From Iphione sp. A-MEVVRFRX5 (lineage: Eukaryota): a stretch of 64,000 nt of DNA. The position numbers were made by a program, and so were the translations under genes. The stretch is from the NCBI GenBank assembly GCA_976226885.1, contig OZ320313.1:159712001-159776000 (forward strand). Reading direction: 5' to 3'. The notes beneath the pieces are model-generated. The model did not search any database, was not told the DNA's origin, and saw only the letters and a list, made by a program, of their open reading frames with translations. Below, piece after piece: positions 27,235 to 38,245 of the stretch; position 1 is the first letter of the stretch, and every line of letters starts with the position of its first letter.

Positions 27235-29022
27235 ATGCAAAGCAAAGGCGTGTTGGCTAAAGGCATGCTAGACCAAAATCGAGACAACCCTAAAAAATAT
27301 TGGAAAATTCTACATAGCTTACTTGGCAAAAGAAATGATGCACAAAGCATCTGCATGACAGTAGGGAATAACTCTGTAAGCAACACTGAAGAAGCCGATA
27401 TCTTCAATGGCCATTTCGCCTCAGAAGGCATTTCGAACTACAACATCAAAAGTCCCCTTATTACCTCGGAAATCAGAAAAATAGACTCCACGCTAGTGCT
27501 CTATCCGGTTACAACTAAGCATGTATTAAAGATCCTGAAGAAAGTCAATACAAGTAAGCCTAGTGGCATTAGGGGTTATAGCACAAAGGTGCTTCACGAT
27601 GGTCTCACATCGGCCCTAGGTCCTTTCACTTACATAATAAACTGCAGCATTCAACAAAAGATAGTCCCAGATGAGTGGAAAACAGCGCAGATTACTCCTC
27701 TCTACAAAGGCAAAGGAACCAAATCTGACCCCCACTCTTATCGACCAATCAGCATACTCCCCTTCCCTAGTAAAATCCTAGAAAAAATAATTTTTGAACA
27801 AACAATGGACTTTGTAGAAAAAGAAAAACTCCTCTCAGACAATCAATTAGGTTTTCGTAAGGGTCGATCTACCATTCACGCAATAGAAAAAGCTATTGAC
27901 TATATACTACAAAATTTTGACCAAAGAAAAATTGTGGGGGGGATCTTCATAGACTACAGAAAAGCCTTTGATTCGTTACAGCATGAAATACTTCTTAAAA
28001 AGCTAAAAGTAATGGGTTTTGGCGAAAGTACTAGATGGTTTGAAAATTACTTATTAAACAGGCAAATCAGCACCAAAGTCAATAACACATACTCCAACAA
28101 CACACAACTGTCCCTAGGTGTACCACAAGGAAGCACCTTGGGGCCGCTGCTGTTCACCCTTTTCATTAATGACTGTATGGCCGACTTAAAAGACTGTTGC
28201 TGCATAATGTATGCGGACGATACGCTGATTCTATATGGTGATGCTGAAATTGATAGAGTGAATCATAAATTAACAACTGAAGCGGAAAAGTTGGACAAAT
28301 GGTGCAAAGCAAATGGCATTAGAATAAACTATGCTAAATCGGAAACAATGCTATTTAGTTCAAAAAGACACAAATACAAAAGGGAGACTCTGGACATAAA
28401 ATTAGGTGAGCATACTCTAAAACAAGTAGATCATTACAAATACCTCGGGTTCATTCTAGACAAACATCTGGATCTGAATATGGAATTAGATAACAAGATC
28501 CACAAATCATACGGACTATTAAACTTACTGAGGCATGTAAGAAAACACAGTGATTTAAAAGCCACTATCACAGTACTAAAGTCGTATTTTATCCCAAATC
28601 TGGAATATGGAATTGGATGTATACATGACTATGACAATACAAAATTTGTCAAATTAGAAAAACAACTAATAAAAGCACTGCGCATAGTATGGGGTACCGG
28701 ATCTAACATCAAAACTGTTATGAAAGAACATAACATACTGACCTTCAGATATAAAAGTCAATACTACGCTCTAACTCCATATCACAAGATATTATCAATT
28801 GAATACCATGCTATCAAAGAGTCTAGTATCACTAGAGACCCAAAATTACCAGTACCGTTACCGAAGACTAATCATTTTAAACATAGTCCATCATACTTTT
28901 CTAGACAACTTTGGAATAAGATCCCTCCGAATTTAAAAATCTTGCAAAAAGAATCCTTCAAATCTCATCTGAAGAAGTTCTTGTTAAATCAATTGTTGAA
29001 GGAAAATTTAAGGGTACATTGA
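27235..29022 (+). CDS. LINE ORF2 fragment: reverse transcriptase and C-terminal region, 595 aa, no stops
   Basis: Non-LTR RT motifs: WKTAQITPLYKGKG, YRPISILPFPSKILEK, QLGFRKGRST, FIDYRKAFD, GVPQGSTLGPLLF, YADD (28210-28221), YKYLGFILD. Confidence 0.95.
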   Translation: MQSKGVLAKGMLDQNRDNPKKYWKILHSLLGKRNDAQSICMTVGNNSVSNTEEADIFNGHFASEGISNYNIKSPLITSEIRKIDSTLVLYPVTTKHVLKILKKVNTSKPSGIRGYSTKVLHDGLTSALGPFTYIINCSIQQKIVPDEWKTAQITPLYKGKGTKSDPHSYRPISILPFPSKILEKIIFEQTMDFVEKEKLLSDNQLGFRKGRSTIHAIEKAIDYILQNFDQRKIVGGIFIDYRKAFDSLQHEILLKKLKVMGFGESTRWFENYLLNRQISTKVNNTYSNNTQLSLGVPQGSTLGPLLFTLFINDCMADLKDCCCIMYADDTLILYGDAEIDRVNHKLTTEAEKLDKWCKANGIRINYAKSETMLFSSKRHKYKRETLDIKLGEHTLKQVDHYKYLGFILDKHLDLNMELDNKIHKSYGLLNLLRHVRKHSDLKATITVLKSYFIPNLEYGIGCIHDYDNTKFVKLEKQLIKALRIVWGTGSNIKTVMKEHNILTFRYKSQYYALTPYHKILSIEYHAIKESSITRDPKLPVPLPKTNHFKHSPSYFSRQLWNKIPPNLKILQKESFKSHLKKFLLNQLLKENLRVH

Positions 29023-29159
29023 TACAATTATGGTATATCACTACGCTCTTATATGTATAATCATTGTCATCAATCATACATGCTATATGTTAACAATCGT
29101 TATGTGTAAAATTACATTTTCATTCCTGTACATAATGTATATATCACTGTAAATACGAC

Positions 29160-29211
29160 TGTATATAGACATTGTATATAGACATTGTATATAGCCACTG
29201 TACATAGTTCA
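29160..29211 (+). repeat. 13-bp tandem repeat in the LINE 3' UTR
   Basis: tgtatatagacat x2, then tgtatatagccac and a degenerate tgtacatagttca. Confidence 0.85.
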
Positions 29212-29639
29212 TCTGACAAATGTATTGAATGTATGTAGCAAAATCCTGGTACCAATGGAACTACCAGGTGAAATATTGGAATAAAAAAAAAAAAAAAATG
29301 CCCATACTCAATGCTCGCATATTATTGTAATTGTAATTGTCTTTATTCCACTTCTCATTGATATTGATACAGGTACACGTCGAGTTCTAGTATGCAATTT
29401 AAAGCATAATAATTTGAGACTTTGGGAAAATTGGTACAAAAACAAATTTTATTCAGATATTTCCGGATAGAAATGTCATTCTACATAAATCTCAACAACT
29501 TACTCTTTCATTATGCCCTCTGCTCCCCATTACCTGTGCCTTTCCCTTATTATATTGCACCCCTCTACTCCATCTTCCAGACAGTCGTGAGGAGGAGGTC
29601 GGGTATAAAATGATGGCCAGACTCTCAAAACATTCACTT

Positions 29640-30220
29640 CCAGCACTTGGTCATATACAGTATCTGCGTGAATAGACCATAGGGACTTGTCGAATACATA
29701 TCATCGGTTGATAAAATCTTGTATGTGCCACAAGTATCTTGGCCTGTGTGTGGTCGTTGGCGTCGTTCTCTTACTGTGACCACCCCATGGCAACTGTTCA
29801 TGATGTTCGGTGATAAATTCTCTCTTCTATGACTCTCTTGAAGGTGATCTGAGAAAGGCGCGCCCTTTGATGTTGGTCACCGAACTCGACCATAGTTGTC
29901 TCCCATGTGAACCCTCAGGCTCATTATGGCGTTGGTCAGCGCCCCTTGTGGATCGCTGTTAAAGCTCAGGGATACGAAGACATCGCAGGCACCTGGTCCT
30001 TCGGGAAAAGGACAGCCGCAGAAAAGTTCCATAAGTTTCCCTTTTGTTGCTTCACTACAATTCCTGCTCATCAGTTGATGGGGAAAACCTTTGTGAGCAC
30101 TTTACATCTCACAACGTCCAGCTTGATCATACCTCACAAAACCATAAACACGTTAATATTGTATGTGAACTGCCGCTTCCAAGGTACCGCTAGTGAAAAA
30201 TATCTGAGTGTTCCATTTGT
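29640..30220 (+). mobile_element. Old LINE RT relic(s) next to the young LINE
   Basis: HKYLGLCV (about 29728) and QLMGKTFV...SEKYLSV (about 30070-30210) resemble RT motif 7 (YKYLGV). Confidence 0.3.
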
Positions 30221-30327
30221 AAGCTGCCATACCTACGTGTGGTGAGCGACTTTCAAAGTCCAAACAAAATTCTTTGGTTCTGCTGGCAGTTAGGTTTATT
30301 CAATGCCTCTGTGACAAATTCGATGTA

Positions 30328-30501
30328 CAGTGGTCCTTCCATAACCAACAATTTTGGTTCTTTCAAATTACGTCAGATATATGAGTATTGTCAGTTCGGG
30401 AATCTTTTTTTTTCAGTTGAGTTTTCACATTTGGTTGGCCCAGAGTGTGTCAGTTAAGCAGTAATATTATGAATAAAGTTGTTAGATGAGGGGGACCACT
30501 G
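30328..30501. mobile_element. Tc1/mariner (pogo/Tigger-like) MITE, 174 bp
   Basis: TA|cagtggtccttccataaccaaca ... tgttagatgagggggaccactg|TA: imperfect ~20-bp TIRs starting CAGTGG with TA on both sides. Confidence 0.8.
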
Positions 30502-30799
30502 TAATTGTTAGTATGATTATCATGACAAGCAGTACCCTATACTCTTTAATTCTTGCCTTTAAAAATTTAGACCCTAATGAATTCATGACCATTATAGTTA
30601 GAAAGAGCAGTGGCTGGCTTACAGATAGTGCACAGACACTGATAGCCTTAGGGATCAAGTAGGGGCGAAAAAAAAATAAAATTTGGTTTTGGATAGTGTT
30701 AAGTGTACGGTTAGGGCTCTTTCTTGGTTGTACAGTTGAACCTCTCTGCTGTGAACAGCGAAGGGACTGGCTAAAAACTGTACCTAAAGAGGAGTGCCC

Positions 30800-31110
30800 T
30801 TAAGAGAGAATTAGGGATAAATATCAGGGTTACGAAGATATCAATAGATTTTATAAACACGGTAAGGCAGCAGGAAAGGGAGATGTTAGGGAGATGTTTA
30901 GAAACAACGTTTAGGATAAAATTAGAGACAAGTCTTACAAAACAGATCTTGGCAGTGTTATAAGGTAGCTGGGGTGGGATCAAGAGTAGGTGCTGACTAG
31001 GGATTAGGATGGAATAGGAGTTGGCACGGGGGGCGGGGCTAGGGGCTGGCTAGCGGTAGCGATAGAATAGGGTTCGAGGCCGAGAGGGGGTTACTTTAGG
31101 CTAAGGCTGT
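30800..31110. repeat. Degenerate (T)TAGG(G)-like low-complexity tract
   Basis: Repeated ttagg/taggg/ctaggg words with a strong G-over-C skew on the plus strand. Confidence 0.5.
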
Positions 31111-31419
31111 CATAGTTTTTCTTTCTGTCAGTCCATGTTGCTGTACAGAAAGGGTCCACATTAATATACAGTTTACATTGAAGAAGTTATGAGATGAATG
31201 GACAATATGAACTGGTAGGTTATTGGAATCGGTATCGGACATGTAAAGGGTATGAAATGAAGGTTATAAAATAGTAAAAGAGTCAATCGTCATACTAGAA
31301 TTCTGAATGCAGGTTTCCTACATTGTTACATTATTCTGAGATGAAAACAAAAAGAATGAGAATCCGGAAGGTCATGTTGGAATAATAATCAGGACTTCAT
31401 TTCATCTAAATAGGATGTT

Positions 31420-31730
31420 ATGTCGACAAGGAGCCTAATTCTGATATCTGAGAGTACTCCCCAACTGCTAAGATCATCGCCATACCAGCAGTGGTTTTAT
31501 GTGCACAGGCATTGCAGTTGCTTGCCGCCGCTTTGTACATAAGCGCGAGGGCTCGATCAATGTTAGCCAGACGGCGGCTGCTAACAAAGCTTTGCGACCA
31601 GCGCTCCGTGAGGTTTACACTGGAGCTTAGCTGCTGCTGAGCTGCTCAACCCCCACCAGCAGCCAGTTCTCACCAGGCGCGACGGTCGGCCGGGCGATTG
31701 GCCAATGCAAAGGAACAATTATTGTGTCTA
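31420..31730. promoter_or_regulatory. Candidate intronic enhancer
   Basis: GC-rich block ending in the palindromic double CCAAT attggccaat (31697-31706) and an inverted Sox-type pair acaat-t-attgt (31715-31725). Confidence 0.3.
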
Positions 31731-31924
31731 AATGACTACTAAGCGCGTTTTCACCAGTTGCCAGGCATAAAGCAAAACACGGGCCAGCAAAATGGTATTG
31801 AAATACTGTTGTGAAAGCATAATAAAATTTTCTAGTGTCGTATTGAATGCTAGATGGTGGTTCGTAATTCTATTTTTAGTTATAGAAACACTCATTTCCA
31901 ACCTTGTGTGGCCTTCCACCGTTT

Positions 31925-31960
31925 CGCTTACCTGGGAAAAAAACAAAGAAACTCATTAGA
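31925..31960 (-). other. Candidate recursive splice site (zero-length exon / ratchet point)
   Basis: Minus strand reads tctaatgag-tttctttgtttttttccc-ag|gtaagcg: a CTAAT branch-point match 24 nt upstream, an almost pure pyrimidine tract, and the acceptor AG directly abutting a consensus GTAAG donor at 31932/31931. Confidence 0.55.
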
Positions 31961-33099
31961 TTTTAAGCAGAACGACCTCTTGAATATGAGCGCATTACAT
32001 TTAATGTGGGAGAAATAATACATGTATAGCCATTGATGTCGCAACCGCAAAATGTATCTATTCATGGAGAAGGAATATGATAGAGGACCCCGTGGTGATA
32101 TTTTTGACACAGTAGCAACTCACCATGTACAGGGTATACAAATTAACCAGAAGGGCAACCAAAAATTAGGGGCATGCTTTGCTGGTCCCAGTACTATATG
32201 ATATATATATAAACAATCCTCCAGGGCAAACCTATGTTAACTAACGGTAGAATTACATGGTACATCCGGTGGTAATATTAGAGGGTGTTTTGCTGTAACT
32301 TTTTTTCTGAATTGGTTTGCCAAAGTAGGATTATATATAAAGAGATATGTCTATCTGTTGATGTGTGTGCGTGCACCATATCGAATGTAGATTCGATGCT
32401 GTACTTTCTCGAAACTGTATTAGGATCCATGCCCAGACTATAAGGTGGTGGACCGTTCTTTTAATAAAAGGGCCATTTGTCATCTTTTTCAAGCTCACTG
32501 TAATTCAGAATCGCTTCGTTTCAAAACGTTTCCGAAGTCCGACAACAAAATTAAATACTGAAGAAGGATTGCCATTCTACGTACAATGTATATGAAATAT
32601 TGATATTTTCCACCCAGGCCTCGCCGATCTCGCTTTGAATGGGATGAAAATAGTATCGAACTCAAATTACTATAGATTTGAGTTATAGAGAATTTGATTA
32701 ATTAGAAACCTACGGTCAGGCTACATGCAGCTTAGTACACAATATAACAATAGATTTCGATTCTGACCAACACAATTCATCATTTGTGTAGAGCAAATTA
32801 GCTACAATATGGCAACTCTCATAATAATACTTGCCATGTTTCATGCGAGATGAAACGTACCATACTGACTCGGGGATGTGCATGTTTCCCTTCAACAGCG
32901 CGACCTCCGCCAAAACAACCCCGGGATAGTCGTAGGTGCAGAAAGCAAGCATGCGAAAGAGGACCTTGGCATGTCAGCTGGGTAATATAAAGCTCGCATA
33001 AGTCGACCGATAAGAATAATTGCACCAAAGACTGCTTGAGAAATCCTCAATCAAAGTAATTGACAGTTATTGTGGAGGCAGACAGCCGTGGAAACGCCT

Positions 33100-33330
33100 G
33101 CTCTTGGTTGGCGAGGGGAGCGTGAGAGGGAGATGAGACACTAGAGGAATGAGGAGGAGAAGGAGGAGGAGGAGGAGAGCGGCTGTCGGACTGTAGTAGA
33201 GGGGTTAGGGGATATATTAGGGAGGAAGAGAGAGCGAGGGAGGGAGGCTAAGGAAGAGGGGAAAGCTGAGCGGACGGTAGAGAATAATTCGTCAGAATAA
33301 GAGAAAAAAAATCACACACAGACCGACAGA
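33100..33330. promoter_or_regulatory. Purine (GA)-rich tract typical of promoter or 5'-leader regions
   Basis: (gga)n and gagaga runs over about 230 bp. Confidence 0.3.
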
Positions 33331-36300
33331 TTTAGAGAGGTGAAAACACCAAACTAGGCAAGATAGAGGAGTGATAGATGGGAAGGATACAGTAGACTGA
33401 GATATTCAACGAAGGTGCTTGGGTGTTGCGTGTGCTGGCAGAAAGCGTATCCTTGGCAGAGGCGAAGCGATCTGAAGGCGTGATGACATCGCCTTGGTGT
33501 AAGGGGCCTAACGCGTCGGGATCGCGCGGAAAGGCTCTATCATGGCAACGCGGGTGTGGGTGGACAGTCACCGATGACTGATTAGTGAGAGATGTGATGA
33601 ACAAGCCGACGTAGTATGTATAACATGCCATTCATTATTCATAATCTTCTGATGCGACCGACTCTCCCTAGGGTCATACTGTGCGGATGTCGAGCTTTTG
33701 CACCAGCGCTGTGCTTACGGGGGGGGCGAGGTGCTAGGCTCTCACCGTCGTCCGTAATGAATGAATTATCACGTCTTAAATAGCCTATGAAATTGGAAAT
33801 TAAAACTGACACTCCCTTGAATTCATTTCATAAACAACGCCACGCCTAGTTAGCATCAGCTATAATTCAAACTGTAAGATCGAATGGAATTAGCAATCTA
33901 ACGGCGGTGCTGTTATATCAGTTCTGCAATATTCGGCACGGTTCTTGCGAACAAGCTCATGAGTATTCCACCTGGGATAAAAACGAAGCCAACAGTCTGA
34001 GCTGCTCAGCGTGTGTTAGAATCGGCTATATGTAGCAACAATTTCATTATGCCATTCTGCTTCCTTCCTACCTATATTCCTGATGGGCTAATCATCAAAA
34101 CTACCAAGAGCCATCATTTGTTAATCAGAGTATTCACCTCCTTCCCATAGCAGAAGAATCTTTGGGTAAGATATTCCTCTGTTCCGTAGGCGGGGCAGTG
34201 TCGAGGGCTCACCGTACTGACGCTGTTGAACTGCTAACGTGCGGCCGCTGTTGCACGATAACGATAGAGTCGCTATGTATACCAGTAGAGGACAGTCACG
34301 TGCAGGCTGCCCAAGGGAAATCCAACGGTACTAAGTCTGCTTGACGGCCGTCAGACAGCAAGTCTCCAGCCCCCACTGGCGAGTTCTGTCAGCAAGATCC
34401 CAGCTGGCCCAGTTTACAAGGCGGTTTTTCCAGGCGAATACGTTAACATGTAATCAGCAGATAACCGAGTAGAAGGTGAAGGAAGAATGAGGGGAGGGGG
34501 CAATGGAGAATAAAGGCGCACGGGCCGGGTAACAACCCCTTCTCCCTTCTGTGAATGGAAGTAGGAGGGGCCGTGGTGGCAGCGACGGGGCCGCTGCACT
34601 GGCTTCATTTCCTCCATATCGGGTCAGCCTATTTCCGGATGGGCAGGTGCTCCAGCATATAACGCCTCGTGACGTTTTCGTCGGCAAAAGTTAATCACAC
34701 TGCAAGAAGAGCGATAGGAAGCACGCGACCACTGCTGACGCCAACGTCGCCCCCTGCTGGCTAGTTCCGCGTCTTAGCAACCACTGCAAGTACCGCCATA
34801 CCCCTTCTCATAAAGAATTACCAATTAGTCCCCCGGCCTGACAACAGGTGGATTATGTTCCTCTTCGTAAAGGTATCCGGTGGTATTTGGAGCCGCTAAT
34901 GTAGAGAGCATTAAATCTTGGGAATAAAATTAAGACAGTAAAATGGGTTACGCGTTTGTCCTTACTGGCGTTATTATTACAGATTTTAGGATTGCTAAGA
35001 CTTGATTAGAACACTTTCTAATAATTATGAAACATTAATTAGTGATATGCAACTATACTTACTTTATATATACTGCTTTTAGCTTATGACAAACTAGGAC
35101 CATATATTTATCTCCAGCCATTCTTAATCTTGATGAGCAATCATTTTCACGTTGCCGAAGAATCGTCCTATCATTGACCGCCTCCAGTTACGTTGTTGAC
35201 ACCCCTGCATGGAACATTTTCCTCAGTGAAAAATGTAACCTTAGATGTGCAACCAAGGGATGCACAAGGATGTAGTGGCCCCAGTCGTCAAAGACAAGTG
35301 ATGGTGGACAGTGTCCAACCTTCGCATCCACAGGTAAATTCAAATTTAACGCCAAATGTTCACTGGAGTAATGTATGTTTTTTTAATATTTCTAGGATTT
35401 GGAGGTATTTATTTACATTTTGTTGTTACGTACATCAAATTCTTCCAGTGCAACTAGTGATGAATGATGTACAGGTAATACCTCTGTTAACAAATCCCCT
35501 GAGAACAGAACCTTTAGCGTTTTTGTACTAATTGTGTGGCCTGAAGGCATCTTCTATCAAGTTTCTCTTCGACAAAAACTAAGCGAAATAGTGGAGACAT
35601 ATCTAGATGACTCTAGTAGGATATGATGTGTTAATAAATTGCAAGTAAAAACTATGACAAAGGCGCTTGAATGGTCTGCTTGTGGTAATGGACTTCCTTC
35701 AACGCAGAGTATTTTTCCATCACTTTAACTCTCTCGATTAGCTAATGGATTAGCGAAAGAACTGATCGAGTGCGGCATGCGTGGATATATTGTTGAAAGC
35801 ATGGTGACTGTTTTCTCAGAAAATTGACTGATCAACATAATCATTAACACCATAGCACTTGTTCAAACAAGTGAAAAACACAGCTGAACTTTGGAAATAT
35901 TATTGAAACGTTATATCAGTATTACATTATTATGAAACAAATTGAAATTATTTCCGTCCATCGAGGCAGGTCTATCACCTTCAATACATGCGTTTTGCTT
36001 TTGGTGAGGAGAAAAGTGTGTAGAACGGCCATTGCCGAAAAATAACGTAGACCTCTTAACAAAATGCACAGGGAATATGGCTTTGAGGAGAACGCAGGTT
36101 AGGGTGTGAAAAACAATGATCACAAGGCCTGATGGACTTGCACAGAATATACAAGTACATGTACATGTATTTACGTTTGTATGAGCATCGACTGAATAGA
36201 TGGACAAAACTGATTCGCTTCTCGGGTGTCGGCTTTGGCAAGCATTTCTCTATCACTGCTGATGGAGCGGGAGAAGGGAATATCTCCGTAAAAACAGAAC

Positions 36301-37036
36301 AGAGACGTTCTAGCTGAATAGGGGGAATAACTTACCTTCGTCCGGAAAACGTTGCCTCTATGTAGACGTGTGCGCTTTCTTGAGTTTGGACTGTCCGTAG
36401 TACTCCTTTCCTAATAATTGGGTGTCAGTAAATCGGAATATGTCAGTTCAGAATACTTTTAAGCAGCCAAACGTTTGCTTTTAAAAAAGTCACTGCTTTC
36501 CTAGTCTAAGTATTTTTGTGCTACAGAGCGAGGAACTGTGCGAATTAGGACTCGCCATGACATAGACAGAGGCGAGCGGCTGAGATGGTGACAGATGCAA
36601 TATGACAGAGTCCGCGCCAAGTAGTGAAGGCAGTTTGGCGGCAGGAAGGCAAAGATGCATCACTTGGTGCCATAGCACCTCCTTATTGCCTACCTGATCC
36701 ATGGAGCTAGCCGCAGAGGCCCTGCTGCGGGCCGTCGTCTCCTGCACCCACAATCACCGTCGCCCTGACCGCCATGATCTATTGGGTTATTCCTGCAACA
36801 GGGTTTGATAAATAATTCACGCCCGGGATTACCATTAATCCTGTTTCAGAGGATCCGAACGACCACCAATGCTAGCTGAGACTGGGTCGTAAAAGCCAGA
36901 ACGAGCGAGCGAGCATGTCTCTATAATTTTTATGTGTGGTATTGGTGTGAAAATATAGAGCCAGCTCATAAATTAGGACATGAGTACGGGCTCTCGAGAG
37001 ACATGTCGCAGCAATAACGCTGTCTTTTCTTACTAA

Positions 37037-37082
37037 GTTTCTAATGATTCACCTCCTCCTTGGGAGGTGAATCATTAGAAAC
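37037..37082. repeat. Perfect 20-bp inverted repeat with 6-nt loop
   Basis: gtttctaatgattcacctcc-tccttg-ggaggtgaatcattagaaac; the arms are exact reverse complements. Confidence 0.95.
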
Positions 37083-37539
37083 AAAAAGGTGCCTGGAGCA
37101 TAAATTACGACGTTATGTGTGTGGCTTACTCTTGCATGAAACCTCTTAATGATTACCGTAATAAAGTTGCTTAATTTGTAATTTAGCTAGGCTTTTCTTC
37201 TCGCAGATAGTAAATAAAGCAGTGCGCGTCAGTTGCGGTAAAACTTGTATCGTTGAACTCGTCAAATACACGCTTAACGAGCTTTAAGAGAAGACTATAG
37301 ACCTCAGCAGGTGACCACTATGAATAGACCCTGGCCCAGACGCTTGATTACATGCGACGCATCTTGAGCAGCAAGCGTCTTTCTTATTCCTCAAATTTCA
37401 ATTAACAAGTATGTGCTGTTAGGTATTTATACCTGCGTGCTGTTAGCAATAATGGTCATCTGACCTCAGCTTCCTCTGAAGCGTGTTATATGAAGAACGT
37501 CTGTGTCACATTTTCCACATTTGAATACTTTTTCCCGAT

Positions 37540-38245
37540 TTACCGCAATTTCGGACCTAGGTAATTTCGGACCAGGTGACTTCGGACCATGCATGGTGAT
37601 TTCGGACCAGGCCACACCAGACTATTTTTGTGCTTGAGAAAAATGTTCACAGTTTTGTTAATAATTGTCCGATTTGGATGCAACAAAATGCATTTTGAAG
37701 CTTATATTGCAGGCAAGACAGTAGTGGTTACGATCTGAGCATACAACTATTATTTCATGGAGATATCTAGCGAAACGTCGATCGCGATTTAGCAGCCGAG
37801 TGGCCGGGGGTGGCGGTGGTGGCGGCTGCAGCAGTGAAGGGCCGGGGAGGTATTCTTGCACGGCCAAGGGCCAACTATTTTCGTGCTAGGGTGAGTCCAC
37901 CTCCCTACTTTGAGGAAATACTTCAAAGACCTGCCTCATAACCATGCCTCATGCATTGTTCGTTAATACAAGTGGTTGCTATCAAAGTAATCTACTAGCG
38001 GTAAAAAAAAGCGCGTCATTTTCGCCGTGAGTCGCCGACGCAAATTGTTTTGTGAATATCTCTGGAACTTTCATTTCATTGGTATTATGTTAAAATCCAA
38101 TCAAGGGAAGAGAGTGTCTTGGAATTGGAAAGAAGTGACCCTGCCCTGTGGTCCGAAATCACTTTCCCCTAGTGGTCCGAGTTCACCTTTGTGGTCCGAA
38201 GCCACTGGTCCGAAATTGTCGCGGTCCGAAATCGCTAGACACCCT
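37540..38245. mobile_element. Foldback-type MITE (~700 bp) with inverted arrays of a 9-bp motif
   Basis: Four (t/c)ttcggacc copies at 37549, 37565, 37580, 37600 and five inverted ggtccga(a/g) copies at 38150, 38174, 38193, 38207, 38223, with collinear spacers; non-coding interior; TSD unclear. Confidence 0.8.

Larger units (their letters stand above)
27201..29298 (+). mobile_element. 5'-truncated non-LTR retrotransposon (CR1/L2 group), young copy
   Basis: RT ORF 27235-29022, about 260 nt AT-rich 3' UTR, then aataaa merging into A16 (29283-29298). Just upstream, another frame reads YKSNVYFLITNAKQ (typical EN-RT linker), implying a frameshift near 27250 and truncation near 27200. No endonuclease domain and no exact TSD found. 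Confidence 0.9.

Noticed and set aside
9244-32684. Short palindromes and stems (9244-9257, 13293-13317, 32659-32684)
   Set aside because: Stems of 7-9 bp are expected by chance.
37549-38231. Short repeats with spacers as a CRISPR array
   Set aside because: 9-bp motifs, 5-15 nt spacers, inverted arrangement and a eukaryotic context with no cas genes.
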